From positions 39,432,001 to 39,496,000 of the forward strand of contig CAIIXF020000001.1 of the NCBI GenBank assembly GCA_903813345.2: a stretch of 64,000 bases of DNA, in the 5' to 3' direction. The stretch comes from Owenia fusiformis. Its lineage: Eukaryota. The translations under genes and the position numbers were made by a program. Positions within the stretch are counted from its first letter, which is position 1. Every line of letters starts with the position of its first letter. The notes beneath the pieces are model-generated. The model had not been told where the DNA came from. It did no database searches and saw only the letters and a program-made list of their open reading frames with translations. Below, in pieces: positions 23,901 to 36,951 of the stretch.

Positions 23901-26900
23901 AATCAGACTGGCGAAATTATCAATTTTGTTTTTGATTAAAAGTTACTACATAGTCATTGAACAAATTATGTGATGATAAGTTTAAGATATGGAGTATATC
24001 TCTCGTGAAATATGACAACTTATTTCAATAACAAGATATCAATATTTCCCTTCAGATATATTATACTCCATAGCCAGAACCTCCAATAAGATAACCCAAT
24101 AATATATTACTTGCGCATGTAAATGATGACTTTTTCAGATACTGGAATATATTTCAGAAATAAAAGAACAATAAGAAAGGTTTATCACAATGTTTGTATA
24201 ATCCCATCTTTGTCACCCACAGTTTAAAACACATTGAATCTTTGCTAATAGCAACTGGGGATTAACTTGATCTTTGTTTGTATAGGAAGGATAGAAATCC
24301 ACCCGTCTAAAAGGCCACTTTAATTTCCAGATGATTATTTAGCTCAAATACATTGATTTTATAGCACGGAAGTACTTCTTCAAATCAATTCTCTTAGAAT
24401 TGTCGTAACATTGACATATTGATGATGCTCTGTCTACCCTTGGGCTTTTTATTAATCATTTTTCTTTTCTCAGATCAAAATGTTTACTTATTCTTGATTG
24501 CTGGGTTTCAACAGCACTTGCGAAATCAACAAACCCTACTCGTCAAAAAGTTGGCTCGATGTTATAAGTTTCCCTCGAGTTTTTATTAATCAGTTACTTA
24601 CTCAGTCATGCCAAAAAAGCCTCATTTCTGGGCAAGCCTTAACTTGATTTATCACACAGATATCAGAGAAAATTGATTCGTGCCTATGGGAGATTAACGA
24701 AGTACCCTTTTGAAAATACCACCCTCTACGCCTTTCTTTCTAATTCTTAAATTGATTTTTCAGGAATTACGTCTTTCATGATATTCTATATCATTCTTTG
24801 CTTATCCATCTCTACACAGTGTACATGCAATGTTTGTTGCGTGTACAACTACAGTTATTATGACTGAATTTGTTTTCTGAAACATCTACTAAGGATAAAT
24901 CTAGTGTCACGAATCTACTACTTCAGAATATTGATTCACTTTAATTTCACTCCAGTACAGTTTAGTTCATAATACTCTTGGGTGTATTTACCTTACCTCA
25001 TTACCACATCTCACAATTTAAAGATAGTGAGATTATTGACAAACAGAATGCCTATATTATTAAAAAGGCTAAAACATAATTTAAAATGAAACTGATGAAT
25101 ATCTTTAATAGATTGTTATTTATTAAGATACTTAAATTCTAAGAGAATAATATATTTCTAGACTTTATTTAGATGTAAATGAGAAAAGACATTTCTCCTG
25201 GTATATACCTGTCTTGACTGTTTAAAGGATGCCTTGTCTTGATCTTTGTTCTTTAAGCAGACATTGTTTGTGCTCCGCAGGGCTCTGGCTGCTGCTTCTG
25301 CCTCCCTCCTGCGTTTAATATAGCTCCTGCAAAGTCATTTTAATATATCCTGCAAAGTCATTTTAATATAGCTCCTGCAAAGTCATTTTAATATAGCTCC
25401 TGCAAAGTCATTTCAGACCCAGTGTTTACAATGCAAAATTATTAAAAGTTCTTAAGCATATAGCAATAGTTGGACTTTAATACGTTAATGAATATGAAAC
25501 GAATATGAATAATTTGGTCATAAGCCAAATCTTAAAATGAATTGAATTTCTTTACATTTTCCAAGATGAAGAATTTTTTGCATATTTTATACAGATAAGA
25601 TACATGTTTTGCTTACTTGATTCTCAGCAGCCCTGCCAGTATGAAAAAGACACCAATCACCACTGAACATGTTACTATCACCATCACCTGAGTGCGCCCT
25701 AGCTGCTTGTCACCTTAACAACACAAACAAACAAATGATCACCAGGCATTGGTCAGTCCAAAAGTACTGTTTTGTACTATCTCAGGGTTTGCACATTTCT
25801 TTAACAGGCCAATGTTTTGTTTAAAAACTTTCATGGTTTGTTCTCATTTAGTTCAATTCTTGTGCTGATAAAGTGTTTGGATGTTCATGGTCAGTCATGC
25901 ATTTACTTTGCTTAGATAAGATGCATTGAAATGTGATACCAGAACTATTCAAATTGAGATGTGATGCCAGAACTATTCAAATTGAGATGTGATGCCAGTA
26001 CTATTCAAATTGAGATGTTATACCAAAAGGGTCTATTCAAATTGAGATGTTATACCAAAAGGTTCTATTCAAATTGAAATGTGATGTCAGTAGGGTCTAT
26101 TCAAATTAAGATGTGATGCCTTACATAGCAGGCCAAGTTTCCTGGAATATTTTTTAACTGGACATTTGAGAACATTCATTTAGCATTAAATCCTCATGAG
26201 CAACACTCTTTAGTTTTTGACTCATTTTTCTATAAAGACCCATTCAATAAAGCAAAACTGACCAATTGCATATGATATAATGGCGAGTATAACATTTCTT
26301 GGTCGTTCCCCTGTACCTGATACTATTTAACCAATGATAAAAGATAAATTCCATATTTCCATGCACACTAACTGTATCAAAAATGCAGATTATGTTCTCA
26401 TGCAATATTCTCAGTATGTAGACAACTTATAAATTAATTAACATTATAGTATGGGATATGAATTGATTTTTTGTTGTGTGAAGGTCCAAGACTCTGACTT
26501 GAATTTTATGAATTCAAAAATGTTTAAACACATACTTCATACTCGTCATTGTATACTCACTTGGAAGTTGGAACAACTCAGTTTGCTTAAAAAATGTTTA
26601 ACTCTCATCTGCTGAGATTTGTATTTTATGTTGAGTAGAATTCAATGCTGTTTTTCTGATAGTGTTACATTTTGTGGCCCATCAATCCAAAGGAAGCAGG
26701 TTGATAAATTATTTATACTCAAAGAGAAATCTTGCTCTTAGTATGAATTCTTATTGTTTGTGCTGTGTTACTTTTGGTTGATAGTTTTTTATTATCCATT
26801 ATTTGTAATATACATATAGGGTGTTCAATAAGTACTGATAAAAATGTGATTTTTGTTTGCTTATATTTCATTTCCTATTGTTTATTATTCAGCAATGTAC

Positions 26901-29900
26901 TGTAAAACTACTCGAAAGTGGGAGTGGCCAAAGTAAGGTTTACTTTTTGGTGGTGTTTGACATAGGTATTAAACTAATAGCAGAAGAAAATCATAAGATA
27001 AGATATTGTACATGATATACTTTTTTCACATTTAACCTTAAGAATAAAACTTTAAATTTTAAAAATGCACATGTAACTTTACAGTAACATCAATGAAACC
27101 ATATAAAGGTTAACTTGAATTTGATCTGAATTTGTAAAATATGAATTAACTAGTTGCATAAAACATGCTGTAAACGTTTGATTAACTATGGGAACAACTT
27201 TTTTTGAAAAGTATCAATATATTGAATACGATTGGGTAACATCTCATATGAGTCAGACTTATTGGCATATGCCAAAATATCTTGATTTGCTATTCCTATA
27301 CAGTATATATTAAGGATCCAGTTGATCATATTATTAATATTTGTTACATGCATTTTGTTTGTATTTTGTGTATTTAACATGTTACCCTTTGTGCTTTCTG
27401 ATTTGTCTTCCACCAGAAACTGATAAAATAATTCTGTGGTCAAATGTCTTATCAAATTCTCTTTCTGTTTGCCTCAATATATTACAACATCTTAGCCCTA
27501 TCGGAATATTGGCCATATTTTATCTCTCACGCAAAGACGTTTTATCGATCACTGGAAATTAGGCAAAATGTCTTTTGAACCGCAATATGATTTATTGGAA
27601 AACAAATTACTCAGGCTTAAAATAAGTATTGATCGATCATAAAAGTTGCTCATCATAAACCGTTTCCATAATGAAGCTGTATCACTGATCACATCTTACA
27701 TAATTATCAGTTAAATTACAAATGAAAATAGTGAATTCTGTTTATCAGATGGACTTATGCCTGTGAATAAGTCTATTGATTATTTAAGGAATATGGACCG
27801 AAGAGCAGGGGTAATATTGTCGAATACACCTCGCAGGGCTAGGCACAAATATTTTCTGTATTCGGAACGACCAAATGGAGTGAGGCGTTCGAAAGCTTTT
27901 GTGCCTAGCCCTAAGGGGGGTGTTCGACGATATTACCCCTGCTCTGAGGTCTATACAGTATTATGATTCAAACATGAAAACTCACCAAAATGTTTCGAAT
28001 ATACATTACTGGTCTGCCATTGCTACAGGCTGCCATTATGACGTCACACATTACTCGTATTACCAGGGGTATTGTTCATGAATATACCCCAAGAGAATTT
28101 TTAACTTCTTTCACAGTTTATAGAAGGCGTGAACACAGTCATGTTCGAATAATAGATATTCACTTCAGGATAGCTATCACAAATTAAAAGTATATCAAAA
28201 GAATATTTTGAATAAATGGTCCAAATAGCTAGCAAAAAAGGCATAAATGTTGCTTTTTCCTTGATTGGTTCTAATTTTGCCCTAAAGTGCAGTTAAGCAT
28301 GAGTTATTTCAGTTCATGTATCTGTCATTAGAGCATTCCACAATAGTTCACAAGCAAACTAGCAGCATTGATTAATAAGGCAAAAATGATGTTGAGTTAG
28401 TACTGCAATGATGTTGAGTTAGTACTGCATACCGTACTATGATGCCATGGTAATACATTACATTATCGTATGATCTGTAAAATGAAACCTTCTGATTGGT
28501 CAGTTCTTGTGCTGTCCCAATCTGTATTGCTACTGAGATTGTTCGCATTGATCATCTCCATTGCAATACAGAAAATATTGGTACGGAGGATACATTCTCA
28601 GTAGCGATACAGAGGATCACACGATAAAAACGTGTGCAATACAGGATATATTCTGTCTCGATAATCTGTATTGGCACTCGACTTCGTCTCGTTCAAATAC
28701 AGAATTTCTCGAGCAGAATATATCCTGTATTGCACTTCAAATCATTCAATAACTTATATTACTGCCTTGAGGCTACAGGTTACTCTCCAAGTTTTTTGTT
28801 TCAAGTTTTGCATAGGGTGTTGATATGGTATGGCCCTAGTAATTCTGTAACTGACAAGGATTCTGTAACTGACATTGGAAAGCTCATCTTGTGTCCTTTA
28901 TCTTTTTACTGTTGTAACATAATTAAATCAAAACTTTAGGAATTTAAAATTGAGTATAACACATAGAACTTTTAATAATAAATGATGAAATGAAGTGGAA
29001 CTTATCAATTGGCAATCGTTGACTTGGGTTTATACTCCCCTCCAAATGTTTGGCAACCCTAACTTCCCCATTTGACTATGTGTTAAATCTTTTGAAGGAA
29101 GTGTAGACGAAATCAAAATGTTCCATGGTTGTTTTTTTACCTTCCAACTACTGACTGGTCGGTCTTTTATAGTTTCTTTTCAAACCCTGCTCTGAGGCTA
29201 CCTGTGGTCAGTGTTCTGTGGTGGTCGGAGGGGTCTGTCTTTTCCATACACCCCACTTTTAGTGCATAATGAATCATTATGGTTCTCAAAAAGTGAATGG
29301 TGCTTGTTACTGACTTCATCTGTTTATTTTTGTCTTTCTGCCAGGAAAAGCAGTGAATTCATGTCTCGACCAAAGCCTCTTTGCTTGATTAAGATTCCTA
29401 CGCCAGCTCTAAAGACTTACCATTAATATTTCATTATTTATTGACGTGTTTGCCATGGTATACCTTTCGGCCTTGTAATAAGCAAGTTTCTTTTACCAAA
29501 CCAATATTAAGGTTGATGCCCTCTGCATTTTGCAAAGATATAAAACCAATCCCTATATCTCAATAATGAGAGTCAAACATGTTTCAAACATGGTTACAGT
29601 ATACCAGAGCATTTCTCAGATGACACAATGACATATAGAATGTATTGAACATGTTGGTTATTCCTTTGGTGGATTAACTGATTAGGTTTGTGTACTTATC
29701 AGACTGTGATCTGAGAATTGATAGAAACAGATTCTTGGCTTTTCTATTAATTAGCATATTGAAAGTCATTATCATTGGAGAAGAAGAAGTGATCAAACAA
29801 GAATCTTTGAAATTGATTGATGATGTGACAAAAGCGATGCAGCATGATCAGCAAGATTCATCTGTCACAGTGAAGCATATAAAATTAGCAAAATTAGCAA

Positions 29901-32900
29901 AATACCTAATGAAGAGCAAATTGCAGATGAACAAATTTTTTTGCCGAATCTTTTACTGAATAGATATCCTGATTTTTGATTTGCCCCGAACCCAGCATTA
30001 CCAGTTGGTTTACATGTGAATGACGATTTTCAAAAATTCATCAAAATCATCAATTTTATTTTATCATCACACTTATGGAGGGGAGTGTAACTAGATAATA
30101 GATATGTTTGATATTATCGGCATAACAACAAAATATTTTTTTCTTTACATATATCAGCGACCATTTGAAACATAAAGGGGTTAGATATTCATAAATTCTC
30201 ATAAATTATGTCGAAAATCTTTCTGGATATATCTCTTCAAAAATAATTGTAATTTTATCGTCATAGCATCTGGTTCCAATATGTAGATTACATTATTGTC
30301 TGGTTATGAATTCTGTGATAAACCATTGGAGGAATGCTATTCTAAGTTCAATTGAAATGCCACAGATAAATCTACGATGGAACCAGATGGTCATATATCA
30401 CAATAAACCAGAAAACAGAATGGAATCCTGCTCCAACCACCCATTGACCCACAAAGTAAATCTTCATTCAAAACATTTTACAAGTTTAAGGAATCACAGA
30501 GCTCATATGCAGAGTCAAGTTATACCAAAAACAATTAAGCCTACAGAACATGAATTGTTGAACAAGATCTTGAGAACATACCAGAACCCTAAGTGTTATA
30601 ATGAAAAACCAAAACTGAGATGAACTCCTTGTAGACATGCTTCAAGCAGAGTTTTGAGAAAACTTGGAAGTTGACATTCTGAATATCCATGAACAACATA
30701 ATAAAGTAAAGATCGAGGTCATTTATATCTAAAAGACAGAATATAAGGCATGTTGGCTTTCTTACAGGATCAAATGTCATGGTTATAATTCCACCAATCA
30801 CGACAGTATGCTTTCAAAATTCATGCAGATTCAACAACTCTTGATGTGGGTTGATTTATCATTTTTTATCATTACTTCATGTTTTTTATTGATATCTTAT
30901 AAATCACATTGATATAACCTGCTAATTTTTTTTATTTAAAACTATTTCATTTAAATATGAGTCTCTATTGTACTTATATTCAGCATTTTGCATGTCAGGA
31001 CTTTGCTCACATGTGCATGTATCATCTTTCCATTTGTAGCAAGGTATTTCTGTCTGCATGGTACCTTGGTTGCATTGTAAAGTATGCAGAATTAATAATG
31101 GTGAATGATTGCTTACATATTTTAAAGATTGGAATGCTGCAGGTAGCAACCATATCAGCATCTTCACTATTATTATATAATGTAGGCGTGCTTGAATTTG
31201 ATGGATTACTTCATTAAGTAATCACTACAGCGTTCTCATCAAAATATTCTTATCAGTGCACATACTGAAGGCAAAAACTGAACTACCCAAAATAATGTTT
31301 AAAATTAATGTACATGTAGTATATACTCTATTTGCTTGCATTGCTGTTAGTGTAAAATTAGCATTTAAATCAGTTTTCCAGCAATAGTTTTTTCTCTTTT
31401 CAGTTCCAATTAATTTGGACATTTCTGGTTCTAAAGTTTCAATAACTTCCATTTTTGAAAAATCAGATTGTTAGGAAAACACTGGCATGCCTTTTGAAAA
31501 TATTTTTTTGAATAAATATGCAAACAATACTCATGTTTAGACCTCCAATTCATCGTCATGGATCGCCAATCAGTACATTTATTAATAATTAATATATTGA
31601 TTATTACATTTTTTATTGTTAATGTGAAAATAATGATGCTAGATACACCACAGTATAGGGTGCATTTATTTCTAGATACAAACATGGCCAGTCTTTTGCA
31701 CCACTATAAGGAATAGGTGATCCATCTAGAGGATGTTTCCCAATGTTTACAGATGCCATTGTGACTTAACAAACTGGAATCATTTCTCATTAGATTTGAT
31801 CTCAGTATATTTATCTGAGAACATGAACAGTGATACCTGCCATTTCTATAATTTTCAAATTTCTTCAACACATACACAGGATAATTGTAACCATAACTTT
31901 ACACACCCCTAACACATGCATGCTTGTGATCATATCAAGCAAATCAATCTACTGGCATACACCCATGTACAATAAAAAGATTAGCAGTGGCAAAGAATTA
32001 CATCTCATCACGGAGCTGTTCACTTCTGTGTTCCTCCAATCATTTATATATGTTTTTTGGGTATATGCACCAGACTGTAACATTGTTATTAAGGAGGATA
32101 TCCTCCAAGCATGTGACAAAGTAGTCTAACTACAAGACCCTGTGACCTCCCCCTCTACTTGACTACACACCTCACACTTGTTGGGATGAGTAGTGAGAGG
32201 GGGGGGGGGGGGTCACAAGTGCCTGTAGCTACACTAGTGACAAAGAAGCTGGTGTTACATAAAATGAGAAAGCAGTCACATCTAGAATGTGTAAATTAAC
32301 CTATGTAGTATGGGACATGGTGCGGAGGTGCTGAAATAACCACCAGTGTTCAGCTGTTATATACATGAGTAATATTTTTCAATATACCTTTATCAAGGAT
32401 GTTAGATAAATAAGTAATATTACAGTAAAACCCTTTGAAGTGAACACCTGATGTCAGTTTGTATACACCTATCTAGTATAAGAATATAGCAATGGTTTCT
32501 TTCCCAAATTTATTCCATGTATTGAAGAGATGTGTCAACAAACTTCAAAATGTAAACACTTCAATGTATTGAGAACACCAAAATGTGAACACTTCAATGT
32601 ATTGCGAACACCTCAATTTGTTCTCACTAGCATAGGTTTTACTGTACACTGAACGACCTCCCCAAGTTATTTACTCAACAGGGTAAATTAAAAATTTCAG
32701 TCGTTCAATTAGCCCAAATTTTTTCATTATTTCAATCACATGCCACCTTGTTAAAATATATTTTCACCCTGTAGATGCCAGTAGATAGTGACCAGTTTCA
32801 CCACTAGGTGGCAAATTGAAAATTAAAATTTCAAAGTTGATAAACAATTATCAAAACCACATTACTAGATGTAATTTTATATGTTGATTTCAAATATGTT

Positions 32901-33766
32901 ATCACTTTGACCAACCTTTTAATATCACAGATATGAAAATCAATTGCTCTGATCCTGGGGGAATCACTGCTTTATATTACTTACAGTGTAGTACCCTTGT
33001 GGTATATTGAAATGTATATATGACTGTCACTAGAATATTATACCTCTATCATCATAAAATTTTCAAATTCTGTAAAGGAATATTTGAATCATTTCAAGAT
33101 GAAAGTTGTACAAGTGATATCAATACTAAACTAATCTACCATCAAAACTACAAAGGAAACTGTCTATCTTACAAACTATATGATAATCAAAAAGAGAGTA
33201 GAGTTTGAATTAAGTAAAATTCAATTTTTATTGCAGACTGACTCACCTGTAGCAACTATAGAGCTGTTGGTAGTCGTTTCCATTGCGCTTCCAGAGGTCA
33301 CCGGTAAGCAATTACTTTTAGTTGTATTATCAACATCATATAAAACTACGGAATTATTCTTAAGTGTATTGACTTTATCAGCTGTTAATTTTCCATTGAT
33401 TTCCCTGCTGGACTTAATGGTCATTTTTAGCTCTATTTCACTTCCATTTTGCACAGAGCGTATACTCCGCACCACTTTTTGTAATGTATAACATAGTTGG
33501 TGTTGCGTTGCTATGATCTCTAACTTCTCTAAGGCCTCGATAATAGCCACAAGATGTGTCTCCTGATCCAGCGTATAATCCAATAAGTCCACTGATCTCT
33601 CTGCTTTACCCGTTCTTAGCTCATTGTCCTTGCCATCATCATCATGCTGCCTTGTTTCATTCAAATTACCTCCAACAGTGTTATCCTGGCTTCGTGTCTC
33701 CACTGAGGTGGGAATGCCATAGACAGTTACCATAGCAACTAGCCAGTATCTCCACCCAATCTCCAT
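17904..33766 (-). CDS. Unrecognised single-pass (type I) membrane protein; partial gene model with micro-exons
   Basis: Phase-consistent GT-AG exons: 33766-33247 (signal-peptide-like MEIGWRYWLVAMVTVYG, several N-glycosylation sequons), 33029-32985, 32330-32301, [at least one unlocated exon], 28474-28433, 27419-27386, 26585-26561, 25713-25617 (TM helix VMVIVTCSVVIGVFFILAGLL), 25326-25209 (basic KRRR), 20402-20271, 18377-17904 (acidic, Tyr-rich tail ending EEFV*). That all exons belong to one transcript is inferred from strand, phase and topology. Confidence 0.65.
21370..21783. mobile_element. Near-palindromic Kolobok-like MITE with TTAA TSD
   Basis: TTAA|GGTCAAGGTGCATGATGGGAAATTTTCTGCATTCC...GGAATGCAGAAAATTTCCCATCATGCACCCTGACC|TTAA. 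The arms pair over most of the length. Confidence 0.85.
25314..25412. repeat. 4 x 23-25-bp tandem repeat spanning a splice acceptor
   Basis: Unit TTAATATAGCTCCTGCAAAGTCATT; the second copy is 2 nt shorter. Confidence 0.9.
25925..26120. repeat. ~28-31-bp minisatellite
   Basis: About 6-7 copies of CTATTCAAATTGAGATGTGATGCCAG-like units. Confidence 0.8.
27796..27951. repeat. Imperfect ~55-bp-arm hairpin, probably the end of a dispersed repeat
   Basis: AGAGCAGGGGTAATATTGTCGAATAC...AGGGCTAGGCACAAA pairs with TTTGTGCCTAGCCCT...GTGTTCGACGATATTACCCCTGCTCT. Confidence 0.6.
29033..30087. mobile_element. Older TA-flanked Tc1/mariner-type element (CACTCCCCTCC family)
   Basis: TA|TACTCCCCTCCAAATGTTTGGCAACC...ACTTATGGAGGGGAGTG|TA. 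It shares the internal GATATCCTGATTT..GATTTGCCCCGAACCC block with 45830-46392. Confidence 0.7.
32122..32236. mobile_element. 115-bp MITE with TAG...CTA termini and 9-bp TSD
   Basis: GTGACAAAG|TAGTCTAACTACAAG...CTGTAGCTACACTA|GTGACAAAG. Confidence 0.65.
32423..32644. mobile_element. TA-flanked MITE (CAGTAAAACC ends)
   Basis: TA|CAGTAAAACC...GGTTTTACTG|TA with internal GAACACC repeats. Related degenerate copies lie at ~16211-16389 and ~52100-52170. Confidence 0.6.
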
Positions 33767-36457
33767 ATTAATCACTGATCAGTCCATCAGTTACATCTCC
33801 TGCAAGCAAATTGGTAGATAATTAAACTCAACTTTCACGATCAAAATCACTAATGTCACTTCCTCGTGTGACGATTATTGGTAATTGTGGTACTCTTGTT
33901 ACTTAACGCATGCATGTATTCCTATCCCGCAATTAGATTCTTCAAGTACATCAGTTTCTCTATTGTTTTTACTGTACCAATGAAGACGAGCAATCCCTTA
34001 TCCCTTATAGTCATATCTTATGCATTTTATGGTGGAAGAAAGACCCGTGAACCTCTCATTGAAGGAGTGCCTAATACCCAATCATTGGATGACAGCTCAA
34101 TAGATAAATTGGAATTGTGCAAGATGTGAACTTCTAAGTGAAACATTCTGAATTTCTTTATCAACAAGCAATGTTCTCTTGCTTGAACCAGAGATCTGAA
34201 ACCCAAGAAAAAAAGTAACTCCAGAATCTCTAACTATTTCAACAACTATTTTCCATTTAATTTATAATTATTTGTAATTGTTTGTTCATTCTCAATATAT
34301 TCTCTCACCTAACATGTCTTTCGTTCTCCCATTGCTATTGAGTTCTCCCATTGCTATTGAAATGATTCATGGGAGAAATGGTTATGACGTACATGGGCAG
34401 TTTAATGTTTCCATTTTGTTTGATATTACTTGTGCATTATCACCTCTTCAATGGTCAATTAAGGTCCTTCAATCTCTGGCAGAGAACTGTTTTGTGATAA
34501 GGTATTGAAGTATTTATAGGAACTGCCACATTTCTTTCCTACTAGACCTATACTCCCCATGTCTTTTATATGGGAGAGGAGGGATGACCAATGAAAACCA
34601 CATTTAATACATCGTATTGATCGCATTCTACCAATCAAAGATTTGAAAGCTATTAAGTATCTTATAAGTATGTCCTCGGTGGGATGATTGGAATATACTC
34701 AATTTCACTTATGCTAGTCATTAGCATTATGGAAATTTTAGAAAATGTTTCACCTTGGATGACCACATGAAGAAGATCTGGATCTACTCTTTTGTGATTT
34801 TGGATCAATATTTTATAGAACATTTATATAGCACTAGAGTAATTCAAACATTTGATGATATATTTTGAAGAAGTCTCAGAGCATCTACCTTTCTTGCGTT
34901 CAATCAGTCAAGTCAATTAATCCCCGTGCTCGTGTCTATTAAGCCTACTACAATTAGATTTAATTCTCATATATTTCTTCCTCATTGGAAACTATCTGAT
35001 TTGTTATTCTGATTGATCTCAGGAATTGATTCATCAATCGATTATATTCCCCATATATCAATACTCAATATCAAGTGCCATCAATGTTGTATGTTTTATA
35101 GTCCATTGATATATTGGTAAATGTCATGAACTGAATGAAGTCTCATCTTAAGAATCTAAAATAAAAAAAAAGTTTAATGCAATTGCCTGATTTTCTCAAA
35201 ACTGACCTTCAGAAAACGATATGAGGGAAGCCATCTCATCGTTCAAGATTGGTCCTTCACTGCTTTCATAGCAGCATAGCTCATGTAATGTAAGAAAAAA
35301 ATGTAATGCAATGAATTATCCTTGGGCCAAGGATGAGCCATCTGTCCATCTGTCTGTATTTGTGTCTGAGTTGTAACTCAAATACTAGTCATCAGATTTT
35401 CTGTGTTATAAATCACAGTTACATGTTATTTAAAAAACATTTGTTTTGAAAAATTGGAACTAACTTATTGAGAAGTCATTTAAAAATATTTGAATCTAGA
35501 TTTTCTCTAATTTTTCTTGATTACGCCAGGTCTATAAGTACAATGTGTTAAAGAATTCGGAACCACCCTCATCACTTACGTTTGAAAGCTTCCAACTATA
35601 ATTTGACATGTCTTTGTCATGTTTCATCATGATTGTTGCTTAATGAAAACCAATCCCCATTTCCCAAACCTGATTATTCAACTGGAACAGCGTTGATCTT
35701 TTCAAGACATCCCTAAAGGAATCTAATCTTCAACAATGATTGGAGAATCTTCAGAGACTCCAACCAATCTAAAGTCATATTATTTATCACTCCCAAAAGA
35801 TATATTCTGCTTGTTTAGTTTACATAAGGAAGCCAAATAGCATTGTCTGGTATGATAACACTTGGGTATTTAAGTCAAAGCAATCAAGATTTAGGATTAT
35901 ACATGTACATCAAGCCTTTGTAAACATGAGAGTATATTTCCTGAATGATAAGTATTTTATATACTGTATAAGGGCAAACAACCTGAATTGTGTTCTTTTT
36001 TATATGCCATTTAAGGGTATACAACCGGAATGGTGTTTTTTATATACCATATAAGGGTATATAGCCTGAATGGTGTTTTTTATATATCATTCGTATAAGG
36101 GTATATAGCCTGAATGGTGTTTTTCATATACCATATTTAGCCTTCGGCCTTCGGTCTGTCGTAATATAACCCTCGCAAGCTCGGGCTATATTGGTGACAG
36201 ACCTTAGGCATATATTCAATGATAGGGACATAACTGTTGTATTACATTCTTTTATATCATGGCTAAGTTATATCAATGACGCCACGTGTCTGTGTGCGAG
36301 TGAAATTAGGAAGAAATGAAACATGACGTCCCGATGATGTCATAAGATTGTCATGGTAAAAGGTTTGGCGGCTATACAGGAATATATAGCCGACCTTCAG
36401 CTCCATTGTCTTCAATACAAATGCTTCGTTGGGTATGTAATACAAGCGTATATAGCC

Positions 36458-36951
36458 CCCGGGGAGTTTACTTTGTACAAAATTCAGCGGGGGTCCTAGG
36501 CTGAACCATTATATCAATAAATTCCCATACCAATTTGTCAAATTTCGATGTGTTCCCATACCAACCAATATAATGCCCGAAAGCCATACCAAACATCCAA
36601 ATATAAGACCAATGCCATACCAAATGTCTAATATAGGACCAATGCCATACCAATGCTATGACTGGTCCAAAGTAGAATATTTCCCGAAAAAAGTTAATAT
36701 TTAAACTGAAAAGGTCCCAAGAAAAAAAGCAATCTTTAAGGAAAATATTCCAAAGCAACCTCAAGTTAAGGATATATAGACTGATGCTAAACCACAGGTG
36801 TGAGGTAACGTATTTCCCATGACCATTCTCATACCAGAAAGTCGAAAAATCCTACCATTGCCATACCTCAAAAGTCATGATGTGTGAGCATTCATATACC
36901 CCAAGTGCGCCGAGGATCCCTGTCAAGGTTTATATTCAGTGAACCCCCGGG
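36458..36951. mobile_element. Non-autonomous DNA transposon with CCCGGG termini and 8-bp TSD
   Basis: ATATAGCC|CCCGGGG...CCCCGGG|ATATAGCC with internal CCATACCAA repeats. Confidence 0.7.

Noticed and set aside
29141..29420. Possible minus-strand exons of the membrane-protein gene
   Set aside because: They lie inside the 29033-30087 transposon, and the frame tested contained a stop.
30570..31850. Several short AG...GT segments as the missing micro-exon(s)
   Set aside because: Candidates exist, but no combination could be shown to give the required phase 1-to-2 transition; cDNA is needed.
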